Part shown: in pieces, positions 29,405-40,923 of the stretch
Layout of the letters: every line of letters begins with the position of its first letter
Position numbering within the stretch: position 1 is the first letter of the stretch
NCBI GenBank assembly: GCA_015493745.1
Contig: WGCN01000036.1
Location: forward strand, 9,799-73,798
Length of the DNA: 64,000 nucleotides
Direction: 5' to 3'
Source: Calditrichales bacterium
Lineage (GTDB): Bacteria > Calditrichota > Calditrichia > Calditrichales > J004
The notes under the pieces: generated by a model
What the model was told of the DNA's origin: nothing
The model's input: only the letters and a program-made list of their open reading frames with translations
The model's database searches: none
Position numbers and translations under genes: made by a program

Positions 29405-30389
29405 GATTAGTGCTGTTGCGCACTATGTACCGGATAAGGTTTTGACTAATTTTGATTTGGAAAAGATGGTGGATACCAGCGATGAGTGGATACGCAGCCG
29501 GACCGGAATAAGCGAGCGTCGGATTTTGGAAGATGGCAGGGCGACATCCGATATGGGCGCCGAAGCGGTAAAAAGGCTGTGCGAACAGCGGGGCATCCAT
29601 CCGGATGAGATTGATCTGATCATCGTAGGGACGGTTACGCCGGATATGTTTTTTCCCAGTACCGGAAACCTGATTCAGGAAAAGGTGGGAGCTAAAAACG
29701 CCTGGTCTTATGATGTGGCAGCCGCCTGTTCCGGCTTTTTATACGCCCTGGCTTCCGGGGCGCAGTATATCACTTCCGGGATGCACAAAAAGGTGGTGGT
29801 GGTCGGTGGAGACAAAATGAGCTCCATTGTAAATTACAAAGACCGCAATACCTGTGTCATTTTCGGTGACGCCGCCGGAGCGGTTTTGCTGGAACCGGAT
29901 GACGAATACGGCATTATGGATTTTATTTTACACTCCGATGGCAGCGGCGCGGAGTATCTGCGTATGAAGGCCGGAGGAAGTCTCTACCCGGCCAGCCTGG
30001 AAACGGTGACACAGGACTGGCACTTTTTATATCAGGATGGCAAGCAGGTGTTTAAATTTGCCGTGACCAAGATGGCCGAGGTATCGGTTCAGATTTTAGA
30101 AAAAAATAATCTCACGGGTAATGATTTATCGCTATTTGTACCCCATCAGGCCAATCTGCGCATTATAGATGCCGCGGTGAAACGGTTGGGAATCGACTAT
30201 GAGAAAGTGATGATCAATATCAATAAATACGGGAACACCACGGCGGCAACCATTCCGCTGGCCCTGTCGGAAGCCTATCAGCAAGGTAAGCTGGAGAAGG
30301 GTGATCTGGTATTGTTTGCCACCTTTGGAGGAGGTTTTACCTGGGGCAGCACATTGTTGAGTTGGGCGCTGGACAAGCCGTCTGTTTAG
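29388..30389 (+). CDS. fabH: beta-ketoacyl-ACP synthase III
   Basis: AACSGF, PHQAN.RI, YGNT, FGGGFTWG; GAGG RBS before ATG 29388. Confidence 0.95.
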   Translation: MSPRAKISAVAHYVPDKVLTNFDLEKMVDTSDEWIRSRTGISERRILEDGRATSDMGAEAVKRLCEQRGIHPDEIDLIIVGTVTPDMFFPSTGNLIQEKVGAKNAWSYDVAAACSGFLYALASGAQYITSGMHKKVVVVGGDKMSSIVNYKDRNTCVIFGDAAGAVLLEPDDEYGIMDFILHSDGSGAEYLRMKAGGSLYPASLETVTQDWHFLYQDGKQVFKFAVTKMAEVSVQILEKNNLTGNDLSLFVPHQANLRIIDAAVKRLGIDYEKVMININKYGNTTAATIPLALSEAYQQGKLEKGDLVLFATFGGGFTWGSTLLSWALDKPSV

Positions 30390-30454
30390 TTTTCGGGAAT
30401 CCGGCAGGGATGAGTCCCGACGGATGATAATATGGAATTGAATTTGAGCAGGAT

Positions 30455-31390
30455 ATGAACAATCAGGATTTAGCATTTGTTTTTCCGGGACAGGCCTCCC
30501 AATATGTGGGGATGGCTGCCGATTTTATAGAAAATTTTGAACTGGCCCGCGACTATTTTAAACGCGCCAATGACATAATGGAAATGGATCTGCAACAGGT
30601 CTGTTTACACGGCCCGGAAGAGGAGCTGAAAAAAACATTTATCACACAACCGGCTATTTTTGTACACAGTGTTATTGCGGCCACCTTGCTGGAAGAGCAC
30701 GGCATACAACCGGTAGCCGTTGCCGGACATAGTCTGGGTGAATACAGCGCCCTGGTGGCGGCGGGTGTTCTTGACTTTGAAAGCGGTTTAAAGCTGGTTA
30801 AGCAACGCAGCCGTCTGATGTTTGAAGCCGGTCAAAAACGACCGGGATCCATGGGGGCCGTTATCGGTCTGGAACGGGATGTGGTGCTTGGCATTTGCGA
30901 ATCATTGAAAGATGAGGGCATTATTCAGCCGGCCAATTTCAATTCACCGGGGCAAATTGCCTTGTCCGGAGAAAAAGAGGTGTTGCTCAAAGCCTTGCAA
31001 CTGGCCCGTGAAAAAGGAGCGCGTAAGGCCGTGGAGCTCGTTGTTTCCGGCGCTTTTCACTCGCCCCTGATGCAAGCGGCGGAAGAGGGGCTGGCTCAGG
31101 CTTTGCAACAAACCGAATTTGCCGATTCGGCCATCCCTTTTTATTCCAACGTCACCACGGAGTCCAACACTTCCGGTGAGGCCATTAAAGAGTTGCTGTT
31201 GCATCAATTAACCAAGCCGGTGCGCTGGGAAGGGATCATAAAGAATATGGCCACGGACGGTTTTGTCCATATGGTTGAGGTGGGGCCCGGAAAGGTACTG
31301 AAAGGTTTAATCAAACGCATTGACCGTTCGGTGACCTGTGAACTGTGCGGGACTGTGGATCAATATAAAGCAGTAACAGGAGAAAGCTGA
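30455..31390 (+). CDS. fabD: malonyl-CoA-ACP transacylase
   Basis: FPGQ, TQPA, GHSLGEY, SGAFHS. Confidence 0.96.
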   Translation: MNNQDLAFVFPGQASQYVGMAADFIENFELARDYFKRANDIMEMDLQQVCLHGPEEELKKTFITQPAIFVHSVIAATLLEEHGIQPVAVAGHSLGEYSALVAAGVLDFESGLKLVKQRSRLMFEAGQKRPGSMGAVIGLERDVVLGICESLKDEGIIQPANFNSPGQIALSGEKEVLLKALQLAREKGARKAVELVVSGAFHSPLMQAAEEGLAQALQQTEFADSAIPFYSNVTTESNTSGEAIKELLLHQLTKPVRWEGIIKNMATDGFVHMVEVGPGKVLKGLIKRIDRSVTCELCGTVDQYKAVTGES

Positions 31391-32133
31391 TGTCCTTGAG
31401 TGGAAAAGTCGTGATCGTTACCGGTGCCTCGCGCGGTATTGGCAAGGCCATAGCCGCAATGTTTGCCGGTGAAAATGCCCATGTGGCCATTACCGGCCGG
31501 AATATGTCGGCCCTGCAAGAAACGGCTGCCGGGCTGAGCCGGTTGGGAGAGGGAACCATTGTGCCTCTCAGTGGGGATGTGGCCCAACCCGCCGCCGCCG
31601 CGGATATGGTGAAGGCGGTAGTGGATCAGTTTGGCAAAGTGGATGTTTTGGTAAATAATGCCGGTATTACGCGGGATAACGTTTTGCTGCGTATGAGCGA
31701 AGAGCAGTGGGATGAGGTTCTGGACACCAACCTGAAAGGGGCTTTTAACTGCATCAAGGCGGTTACCCGGCCGATGATGAAAAAACGCAGCGGATGTATT
31801 ATTAACATTACCTCCGTTGTCGGGCAAATGGGAAATGCCGGTCAGGTAAACTATGCCGCTTCAAAGGCGGGAATGATCGGTTTGACAAAGTCGGTAGCCA
31901 GGGAACTGGCGGGAAGAAATATCCGGGTTAATGCCGTGGCTCCCGGTTTTATTGAAACGGATATGACCGCGGAGCTGCCGGAAAAGGCCCGCGAAGAACT
32001 TATAAATGGTATTCCGCTCGGTACATTGGGGCAGCCCGATGATGTGGCCGGATTGGTTTTGTTTTTATCTTCCGATAAAGCAAAGTATATTACAGGGCAG
32101 GTCGTCAATGTAGACGGCGGAATGGTAATGTAA
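31390..32133 (+). CDS. fabG: 3-oxoacyl-ACP reductase
   Basis: TGASRGIG, NNAGITRD, YAASK, PGFIETDM. Confidence 0.96.
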   Translation: MSLSGKVVIVTGASRGIGKAIAAMFAGENAHVAITGRNMSALQETAAGLSRLGEGTIVPLSGDVAQPAAAADMVKAVVDQFGKVDVLVNNAGITRDNVLLRMSEEQWDEVLDTNLKGAFNCIKAVTRPMMKKRSGCIINITSVVGQMGNAGQVNYAASKAGMIGLTKSVARELAGRNIRVNAVAPGFIETDMTAELPEKAREELINGIPLGTLGQPDDVAGLVLFLSSDKAKYITGQVVNVDGGMVM

Positions 32134-32172
32134 ATAAACTTAACATGATAAACATTGGAGAAGGAGGTTCTC

Positions 32173-32406
32173 ATGTCAGTAGAAGCACGTGTGAAGGAAA
32201 TTATTATCGATCAATTAGGTGTGGATGAGGGACAGGTTAAACCGGAGGCGTCGTTTATTGACGATCTGGGCGCCGATAGTTTGGATACCGTTGAACTGGT
32301 AATGGCCCTGGAAGAAGAATTTGATATCGAAATCCCTGATGAAGAGGCCGAGAAGATTCAATCCGTGGGCGATGCCATCAAGTATGTTGAAAAAGCAACC
32401 AGCTAA
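32173..32406 (+). CDS. acpP: acyl carrier protein
   Basis: [14 protein letters not shown]; AAGGAGG RBS before ATG 32173. Confidence 0.97.
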   Translation: MSVEARVKEIIIDQLGVDEGQVKPEASFIDDLGADSLDTVELVMALEEEFDIEIPDEEAEKIQSVGDAIKYVEKATS

Positions 32407-32430
32407 TAGATTTTACAACAGACCTAACTT

Positions 32431-32470
32431 AAGAATAAGCAATTCGGCGTACCGGGTTGCTTATTCTTTT
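32431..32470 (+). terminator. long hairpin after acpP (terminator or processing stem)
   Basis: AAGAATAAGCAATTCGG-cgta-CCGGGTTGCTTATTCTT, 17 bp including G-U pairs, followed by TT. Confidence 0.6.
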
Positions 32471-32666
32471 AAATGACCCGGGTTAGGCCAAAACTTTTGT
32501 CTCTTGGGAAATTGTCAAAATAGTTTTAAATAACCGAAGACCATGAGAATGGTTTTATGCCGGGAAATATCCGGCAGTAAGACTTTTTTGACCGTTTCAT
32601 CACGGTATAGGCCGGGTGTGTTTTTCACCCGGAACCCATGTTAAATAGAAAGAACAGGAGATATAC

Positions 32667-33911
<1,245 letters not shown>

Positions 33912-33919
33912 TAAAACGA

Positions 33920-34693
33920 ATGCTTCGGAGTATACTGCAATATTTTCGTCCTGCTCAAAAGGAAAAGGAGTATCCCATAGATATTGAGCGATTGCAGAAA
34001 ACAATCGGTTATACCTTTGACCGGCCGGAACAATTGATAAAGGCCGTGAGCCACCGTTCCAGCTTTGCCCGTTCGTCTACGCAAACGCGTTATTCCAATG
34101 AGCGGCTGGAATTTTTGGGAGACGCCGTGCTGGGGCTCATTGTCACCCGTTATCTTTATGACAATTTCCGGGATGAAAATGAAGGGGTTCTTTCCCAGAA
34201 AAAAGCAATACTGGTCAGCCGTAAAGTTTTAGGGAAAATTAGCGATGATCTGAACTTTGGCGAATTTCTCATCCTGAACAAGGGCGAGGAAAAAACGGGA
34301 GGACGCAAGAAACTCTCTAACCTGGCCAACCTGTTCGAGGCCCTTCTTGGCGCGATCTATTTGGACGGCGGATACGAAGCCGCCGAAAAATTTGTCCATA
34401 GCCATGTTTTGCAACAGACGGAGCGGTTTTTAAACGAAGAACGTTTTTTTAACTATAAATCTCATCTGCTGGAATTCTCACAGGGTAAGGGTTGGGGCGT
34501 CCCAAAATATTCGATCATTGATGAAAGCGGTCCGGATCACCAAAAGGTTTTCCGGGTGAAAGTGGAAGTAAAGGATGAATATGAGGGAATCGGTGAAGGC
34601 AGTAACAAGAAAAATGCCGAACAGCACGCCGCCCGTGACGCCATCGCCAATATGAGCAGTAAATATCCTGAAATTAACCTGAAAGAGAATTGA
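33920..34693 (+). CDS. rnc: ribonuclease III
   Basis: NERLEFLGDAVL, FEALLGAIYLDGG, C-terminal dsRBD (GPDH, KKNAEQ.AA). Confidence 0.95.
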   Translation: MLRSILQYFRPAQKEKEYPIDIERLQKTIGYTFDRPEQLIKAVSHRSSFARSSTQTRYSNERLEFLGDAVLGLIVTRYLYDNFRDENEGVLSQKKAILVSRKVLGKISDDLNFGEFLILNKGEEKTGGRKKLSNLANLFEALLGAIYLDGGYEAAEKFVHSHVLQQTERFLNEERFFNYKSHLLEFSQGKGWGVPKYSIIDESGPDHQKVFRVKVEVKDEYEGIGEGSNKKNAEQHAARDAIANMSSKYPEINLKEN

Positions 34694-34699
34694 GAAGAT

Positions 34700-35794
34700 A
34701 TGAAGATTATTAATGTGGTGGGCGCCCGTCCGAATTTTATGAAAATTGCACCGATTCAACGCGTTATGGATGCCACGGAAGGTATCGAGCCCTTTCTGGT
34801 TCATACCGGCCAGCATTATGATGAGCGCATGTCCAAGTTTTTCTTTGACGACCTGCAACTGCCGCAACCGGATGTTTATCTGAATATCGGCTCCGCCAGT
34901 CATGCCGTGCAAACGGCTAAAATCATGATCGAGTTTGAACAGGTGCTTCTTAAGGAGAAACCGGATGCCGTACTGGTGGTGGGGGATGTTAACTCTACCG
35001 CCGCCTGCAGTATTGTCGCTTCCAAAATGGGTATAAAGATTATCCATGTGGAGGCGGGGCTGCGTTCCAATGACCGCCGCATGCCCGAGGAGATTAACCG
35101 GATTCTGACCGATTCCATATCCGACCTGCTGTTCATCACCGAACAAAGCGGCCTTGACAACCTGAAACGGGAAGGCATTCCCGATGAGAAGGTGCATCTG
35201 GTGGGCAATGTGATGATCGACTCGCTGATTTTTTTCAAGGAAAAGGCGGCGCAATCAACCATGCTGGACGATTTGGGGCTGGAAAAACAGTCCTATGCCT
35301 TAATCACGCTTCACCGTCCCAGTAACGTGGATGATCCGGATGTCTTCCGGCGGCTGATTTCTACCTTTCAAAAGATCGAAAAAGAGCTTAAATTGATTTT
35401 TCCGATACACCCGCGCAGCCGCAAGCGGATATCCGAGTTTGGCCTGGACGAGATGATCGCTTCCATGCCTAATTTGAAACTGCTCGATCCGCTGGGGTAT
35501 CTGGATTTTATGAACCTGATGCATAACGCGCGCGTATTACTGACCGATTCCGGCGGCATACAGGAGGAGACCACCTATCTGGGGATTCCCTGCATCACCA
35601 TGCGTGAAAACACCGAACGGCCGGTAACCATGGAGGTGGGTACCAATGTGCTGGTGGGCAGCGATACGGATATGATCTACGAAGAATTTAAAAAGGTGAT
35701 TAACGGCCGGGCCAAAAAGGGCAGCATTCCGCCGATGTGGGACGGCCACGCCGCGGAACGGATTGTGGATATTATAAAGAAGGAATTGATGTGA
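34700..35794 (+). CDS. wecB: UDP-N-acetylglucosamine 2-epimerase (non-hydrolysing)
   Basis: GARPNFMK, HTGQHYD, HVEAGLRS, TDSGGIQEE, TERP. Confidence 0.93.
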   Translation: MKIINVVGARPNFMKIAPIQRVMDATEGIEPFLVHTGQHYDERMSKFFFDDLQLPQPDVYLNIGSASHAVQTAKIMIEFEQVLLKEKPDAVLVVGDVNSTAACSIVASKMGIKIIHVEAGLRSNDRRMPEEINRILTDSISDLLFITEQSGLDNLKREGIPDEKVHLVGNVMIDSLIFFKEKAAQSTMLDDLGLEKQSYALITLHRPSNVDDPDVFRRLISTFQKIEKELKLIFPIHPRSRKRISEFGLDEMIASMPNLKLLDPLGYLDFMNLMHNARVLLTDSGGIQEETTYLGIPCITMRENTERPVTMEVGTNVLVGSDTDMIYEEFKKVINGRAKKGSIPPMWDGHAAERIVDIIKKELM

Positions 35795-37041
35795 TTAGGT
35801 TACTTCTATTAGTCCTTATTTTTTCCTCCTTTCTCTGGGGGCAAACACAATCTATTTTATACATACCTTCTGCATCTGAACAGGGGCAAAAGAAAACCAA
35901 TGCCCTGGACTTGATGTACCAAAAGCGTTCTTTAATTGACAATATACCGGTAACACAGGTACTGGAGGCTGAGTTAGAAAGCTCAAATTATAGGGTTGGC
36001 CCGGGAGATACCTTTAAATTTATATTCTTTGACCAGACAGGAACAAGTTTTAAATTCACCATATCACCGGAAGGTAATGTAATGATACCTACGGTGGGGG
36101 CCTTCCACCTTTCCGGGATGACTTTACAAAAGGCCAAGGAAACTTTAAATAAAGAAGTAGCTAAATTTTATGATCGTGAGCAGTTTGCTATTAACCTGGA
36201 TCAATTAAGAAAATTTCGTGTCTATTTAACCGGTGAGGTAAGAGCCCCGGGTACATATTTTGTTCAAGGTTCTGATCGTCTGGCAGATGTTTTGGAGGCA
36301 TCCATAATTCAATCCTTGTCATCCAAAGAGGCATCTTCCAGTTTAACTGATTGGGCTGATAATTCAAGAATTGAGATACGTCATAAAGACTCAACGGTAA
36401 GTATTATAGATATATCATCCTTTTATAAAGAAGGAAAAGAAGAGCAAAATCCGTATCTGCAAGGCGGGGATATTATCTTTGTCCCTTCAATTGACCTTTC
36501 AAAGGACTATGTTGTTATTGAGGGTAATATTGGTTTTCAGGGATTGTATGCCCTGAAAAAGAATGAAACCCTTTTTGCTTTTTTAACACGTGTTTCGGCC
36601 TTAAGTAAAAAGTCTAACCTTCAAAACATAGTGCTTGTCCGGGATGGTAGGAGGCAGGTGCTTGATGTTTTAAATCAGGAAGATATTCGAAACTCTTTCC
36701 TTTTACAGAAGGGTGATAAAATTATCATACCAACGATATACGAAAATGTATATGTCAGAGGTGAGGTGAGAAGGCCGGGCGCATTCCCGTACAAAGCAAA
36801 TTATACGGCAAAGGATTATATCGGTGAGGCTGGGGCAATGGACTCTGCGGATGATATGGAATCCATTATTGTCCTGCGGCAGGGTGGCGATGAAATTGCA
36901 TTAGGACCTGATATTATTATTCATAAAGGGGATACGATAATTTTACCGCGTCGTGCCCGTGAAGTGTTTAAAGATTATATCCGCATTTTACTGCCGATTC
37001 TAAGTTTAGGGATTTCTGTTTATTCCATAGTGACCCGGTAG
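35791..37041 (+). CDS. SLBB-domain polysaccharide export protein (Wza-like)
   Basis: Signal peptide from GTG 35791 (overlaps the wecB stop); YRVGPGD, repeated V.GEV..PG SLBB units, C-terminal hydrophobic helix. Confidence 0.8.
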   Translation: MIRLLLLVLIFSSFLWGQTQSILYIPSASEQGQKKTNALDLMYQKRSLIDNIPVTQVLEAELESSNYRVGPGDTFKFIFFDQTGTSFKFTISPEGNVMIPTVGAFHLSGMTLQKAKETLNKEVAKFYDREQFAINLDQLRKFRVYLTGEVRAPGTYFVQGSDRLADVLEASIIQSLSSKEASSSLTDWADNSRIEIRHKDSTVSIIDISSFYKEGKEEQNPYLQGGDIIFVPSIDLSKDYVVIEGNIGFQGLYALKKNETLFAFLTRVSALSKKSNLQNIVLVRDGRRQVLDVLNQEDIRNSFLLQKGDKIIIPTIYENVYVRGEVRRPGAFPYKANYTAKDYIGEAGAMDSADDMESIIVLRQGGDEIALGPDIIIHKGDTIILPRRAREVFKDYIRILLPILSLGISVYSIVTR

Positions 37042-37075
37042 TCTGTAATTTTCATTTCAACACTGAGATTTTAAT

Positions 37076-38320
37076 ATGACAAACGATCGTCAAGAGAAGG
37101 TTGATGAGCTAAGTATTCTTGATCTGCTTAGTACTTTGATTAAACACAGAAAACTTATCATTACCTGGATAGTATCAGTTACCTTATTCATGGTAGTATT
37201 CAGTCTGATTATGCCTGAAACCTATAAAGCCCGTGCCGTACTTTTACCATCTTCATCTGAAACCAGTTTTTTTGACGGAATAACCCAATCTCTGGGAATT
37301 GAAGGAGTGGGGGACCTGTTAGGCGCTGGTGGAAGTGACCAGTCCTATCGTTTAAAATCCATTCTTGAAAGCCGGACTATGGCTGAAAAGGCTATTGCAA
37401 AGTTTAATCTCCAAGAGCGTTATGGGGAGTTTTTACTTGATGATGCTATTAATGTTTTTGCCGGGCGCATAGACGTTTCGATCAATGAGGACGGGACAAT
37501 GAGCATTGTTGCCAGTGCCAAAACGAAGTACTTTTCTTTTGGATCGGAAAGTCGGGAAACGAGTAAGCTCTCTGCGGATATTGCTAACTTTCTTGTAGAT
37601 CAGTTAGATTTTTTGAACAAAGAGTTGAAATTGCAGAAGGCCCGCAATGAAAAGAAGTTTATTCAGGGAAGATTTGATAAAACAAAACATGATCTCGATA
37701 GTGTTTCCCTAAAACTTAAAGATTTTAGTGAAAAACATGGACTAATATCTCTGCCAGATCAAGTAAAAGCACTGGTAGAGATATCGGCGCAACTGGATGC
37801 ACAGATTTTAATTAAAGATGTAGAATTAACAACCCTGAAGAGTCAGCTAAATAATAAACACCCCATGGTTCTTCAACTGGAAAATGAAATAGAGAAATTG
37901 CGAAGAAAACTGAATGAGTTAAAAGGTGATGTAAACTCTACAGACATGGGTACACTTCTTCCTGGTTTTAAGGCCGTTCCTTCTCTTGCCATGCAGTTTT
38001 TTAATCTTAAGCGTGATGTTGAGGTACAAGGATTATTATATAAATTTTTAGTACAGCAATTAGAGCAAACAAAACTGCAGGAAGCACGCAATACACCAAC
38101 TATTCAGGTATTGGATTATGCGCGTGTCCCTCAAAGACGTACCAGCCCCTGGCGTACTCTGATGGTATTGATTGCCGTTTTTGTGGGTGGCATATTTGGG
38201 GTAAGCCATGCTCTTCTCAGAAATAAAATACAGTTTTTGCAGGATTCGGGAGATAAGAGTTATCTAAACCTGAAAAATACACTTGCATCTATGAAGACTG
38301 GTTTTTTCAAAAAAAAATGA
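37076..38320 (+). CDS. Wzz/GumC-type polysaccharide co-polymerase without kinase domain
   Basis: Two terminal TM helices, coiled-coil middle, IQVLD.A..P....SP motif. Confidence 0.82.
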   Translation: MTNDRQEKVDELSILDLLSTLIKHRKLIITWIVSVTLFMVVFSLIMPETYKARAVLLPSSSETSFFDGITQSLGIEGVGDLLGAGGSDQSYRLKSILESRTMAEKAIAKFNLQERYGEFLLDDAINVFAGRIDVSINEDGTMSIVASAKTKYFSFGSESRETSKLSADIANFLVDQLDFLNKELKLQKARNEKKFIQGRFDKTKHDLDSVSLKLKDFSEKHGLISLPDQVKALVEISAQLDAQILIKDVELTTLKSQLNNKHPMVLQLENEIEKLRRKLNELKGDVNSTDMGTLLPGFKAVPSLAMQFFNLKRDVEVQGLLYKFLVQQLEQTKLQEARNTPTIQVLDYARVPQRRTSPWRTLMVLIAVFVGGIFGVSHALLRNKIQFLQDSGDKSYLNLKNTLASMKTGFFKKK

Positions 38321-38426
38321 ATAAGTAAATATCAAAATTTTTAAGAGAAAACTTTTCAATGAACGATAGCAATTTCCTTTCGGCCATTGTTATATACAAA
38401 CAAATAGCTTAAAAGTTATCTGAACA

Positions 38427-39938
38427 ATGACTCTTGCTCACAAAGCTTTATCCAAACTTTCCATCCAGGCTGTTTCTCTTTCGATACAGGCTATTTTTCA
38501 AATTATTACATTAACTGTTTATGCCAGATACATAAAACCGGAGGCCTTTGGTGTTTTCGCTATTGCCGGCTTAGTCCAAAACTTTGCGGAAATGTTTTCC
38601 AGTACAGGCATTTCTTCTGCCCTGGTTCAACGAAAAAAAATTACCGGTGGACATATTTCGTCGGCACTTTATAGTGTCAGTCTGCTTAGTATTTTTTTCT
38701 ACCTTCTTATCTATTCCTTTTCCGGGTCTATATCCGAGTTTTATCAAAGCAAAGAGTTAGAGAGTGTTCTGAAAATGGCTTCACTCTCATTGATTATTCT
38801 TAGTATAAGCAGTGTACCCCGGTCTATATTGCAAAGGTCACTTCGTTTTAAGGAAATGATGATCTCGGATATTATACCTTATTTTATAGGTTATATCCTG
38901 TTAGGGATTTATTTGGCAATGAATGGATTTGGTGTTTGGACACTCGTTTATGCTATTTTACTAACTTCAACTTTAAAAATGTTTTTTCTGTTTTATTTTG
39001 CCCGTATAAAAATTTCATTTAAACGATTAGTTGTTTCGGCAAAAGAATTGGTATCTTACAGTGGCGGTATTACCTTGCTGAACTTGACAAATTCCCTTGC
39101 GCAATATATGGATAAAATCATTATCGGGCGGTTGCTCACAATGGAGCTGTTGGGTTTATATGAACGTATTTCTCATATTGTACTATTAATGAGTAAATAT
39201 TTGGGGAATACATTTGACTCCGTTTTATTTCCGCTTCTTTCGGGCATACAGGATGAAAAAAAGCGTGTACAGTCTGCATTTCTTAAAGCCTCTGAAGCAC
39301 TAAATGTTTTAATCCTGCCATTAACTGTTTTTATGATATTCTATAGCAGAGATATTTTACTTCTTGTTTTAGGTGAAGCATGGCTGCCTGCGAATATGGC
39401 TTTTAAAATACTGCTACTATTACCGGTTATTCGTTTAATTACCCGATTGTCGGATTCACTTGTCCGTTCACTTGGTGCTGTATATAAAAGTGTTTTTAGA
39501 AAAACAGGGTTCTTGTTGACAATTGTGATCAGTTTATTTCTTGGAGCCAGGTATGGCCTAACTGGTACTGCCTTTGGAGTATTGGTTGCCGTTATTGTTC
39601 ATTATCTTTTGATGCTTACACTTTCTTTATCCCTAATAGATATTTCATTTGTACGCTTTATAAGGATCTATGTGCATGGTATAGTTTTGGGAGCAATAGC
39701 AACTATCTTGTCGCTTATATCGTTTGGGGTAATTCAAATGATGGAAAGCTGGGATCACAAATATAATCTCTTTGTTTTGTTTCTTGACATTGTTTTATAT
39801 CTCATTATTATCTACAATTTCCCAAGGTTGTTAGGGGAGAATGTGATAAAGATTCTATATACTTTATTATTAAAAGTACCCCTTAAAGGGTCTGCTTATA
39901 ATAAGCTGAAAAAACGTTTAGAATTAACAGAAATATAA
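38427..39938 (+). CDS. wzx: Wzx flippase (PST family)
   Basis: Many TM segments; AR...PEAFG, G.GVWTLV, D.IIIGR......LGLY. Confidence 0.88.
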   Translation: MTLAHKALSKLSIQAVSLSIQAIFQIITLTVYARYIKPEAFGVFAIAGLVQNFAEMFSSTGISSALVQRKKITGGHISSALYSVSLLSIFFYLLIYSFSGSISEFYQSKELESVLKMASLSLIILSISSVPRSILQRSLRFKEMMISDIIPYFIGYILLGIYLAMNGFGVWTLVYAILLTSTLKMFFLFYFARIKISFKRLVVSAKELVSYSGGITLLNLTNSLAQYMDKIIIGRLLTMELLGLYERISHIVLLMSKYLGNTFDSVLFPLLSGIQDEKKRVQSAFLKASEALNVLILPLTVFMIFYSRDILLLVLGEAWLPANMAFKILLLLPVIRLITRLSDSLVRSLGAVYKSVFRKTGFLLTIVISLFLGARYGLTGTAFGVLVAVIVHYLLMLTLSLSLIDISFVRFIRIYVHGIVLGAIATILSLISFGVIQMMESWDHKYNLFVLFLDIVLYLIIIYNFPRLLGENVIKILYTLLLKVPLKGSAYNKLKKRLELTEI

Positions 39939-39942
39939 TATT

Positions 39943-40923
39943 ATGCCGGTATTATTTCTTGGGGACTTTTTTGTATCTCAACCAATAAAATGTGAAATCC
40001 CGTTAGACACATTTATTTTAAACCTGGAAGCACCAATTACCGGCAAGGGCCAACCGGCAAAAAATAAAATCAATTTGTGTTTTAATTCCGATTTTGATTT
40101 TATAAAGTTTATCGGTAGAAATCCCCTGGCTGTGAACCTGGCCAATAATCATATTCTTGATTTCGGAACCGAAGGCCTGCTTGAAACAATACGCTTTCTT
40201 GAGGAAAAGAAGATTCATTTTTTTGGAGCAGGTAAGGAAAAAGATAATTATAACAACCCTTACCTGTTTAAATACAAAAACAATACTATTGCCATGTTAG
40301 GTTATGTTAGCTCCGAAACAAATCCAATTTCCGGAGACCCGAAAATTGCTGACTGTGCTCTCTTTTCAGGTGAAAGAGTGAAAAATGACATCCAAAGCTG
40401 TCGCGGTCGTGCGGATATTATTGTGGTTAATCTGCATTGGGGAGACGAAGAGATACCCTTTCCCAGACCAGATGCAGTATCCGTGGCACATAAAATTGTG
40501 GATTGGGGAGGACATTTGGTGGTTGGACATCACGCACATGTAATTCAAAGTGTTGAACACTATAAAAACGGACATATTTATTATGGACTCGGGAATTTTG
40601 CTTTTAGTGATCTGGATGTACCCTATATGTTTGATGGGGTAAGGTATAATGGGCGTTATATAAAAAAATTAGACAAGTCTAATAAATACTCCATTGTCGT
40701 TGCGTTAGAGTATGATGGTGGTATTACCCATGCAACAACTTATTTTAATGGAGAATCCGTTGTTTTTAAAAAGAAACCTATTCCGTCCTGGATACCTGAG
40801 ACCTTTTTACTTTATAACTTTGCAAAATGGTTCCAACTACGCAAACGGATGCTGTACCGCTTTTTAAAATCACCTAAGAGAATAAATAGGTCTCATGTTA
40901 AATATTTTATCCGGGGAAAGTAA
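39943..40923 (+). CDS. CapA/PGA_cap family metallophosphoesterase
   Basis: LGD, NLEAP, LANNHILDFG, LHWGDE, GHHAHV, YGLGNF. Confidence 0.88.
   Translation: MPVLFLGDFFVSQPIKCEIPLDTFILNLEAPITGKGQPAKNKINLCFNSDFDFIKFIGRNPLAVNLANNHILDFGTEGLLETIRFLEEKKIHFFGAGKEKDNYNNPYLFKYKNNTIAMLGYVSSETNPISGDPKIADCALFSGERVKNDIQSCRGRADIIVVNLHWGDEEIPFPRPDAVSVAHKIVDWGGHLVVGHHAHVIQSVEHYKNGHIYYGLGNFAFSDLDVPYMFDGVRYNGRYIKKLDKSNKYSIVVALEYDGGITHATTYFNGESVVFKKKPIPSWIPETFLLYNFAKWFQLRKRMLYRFLKSPKRINRSHVKYFIRGK

Noticed and set aside
39943-40923. Poly-gamma-glutamate capsule locus
   Set aside because: No capB or capC in the window, and the context is a Wzx/Wzy glycan
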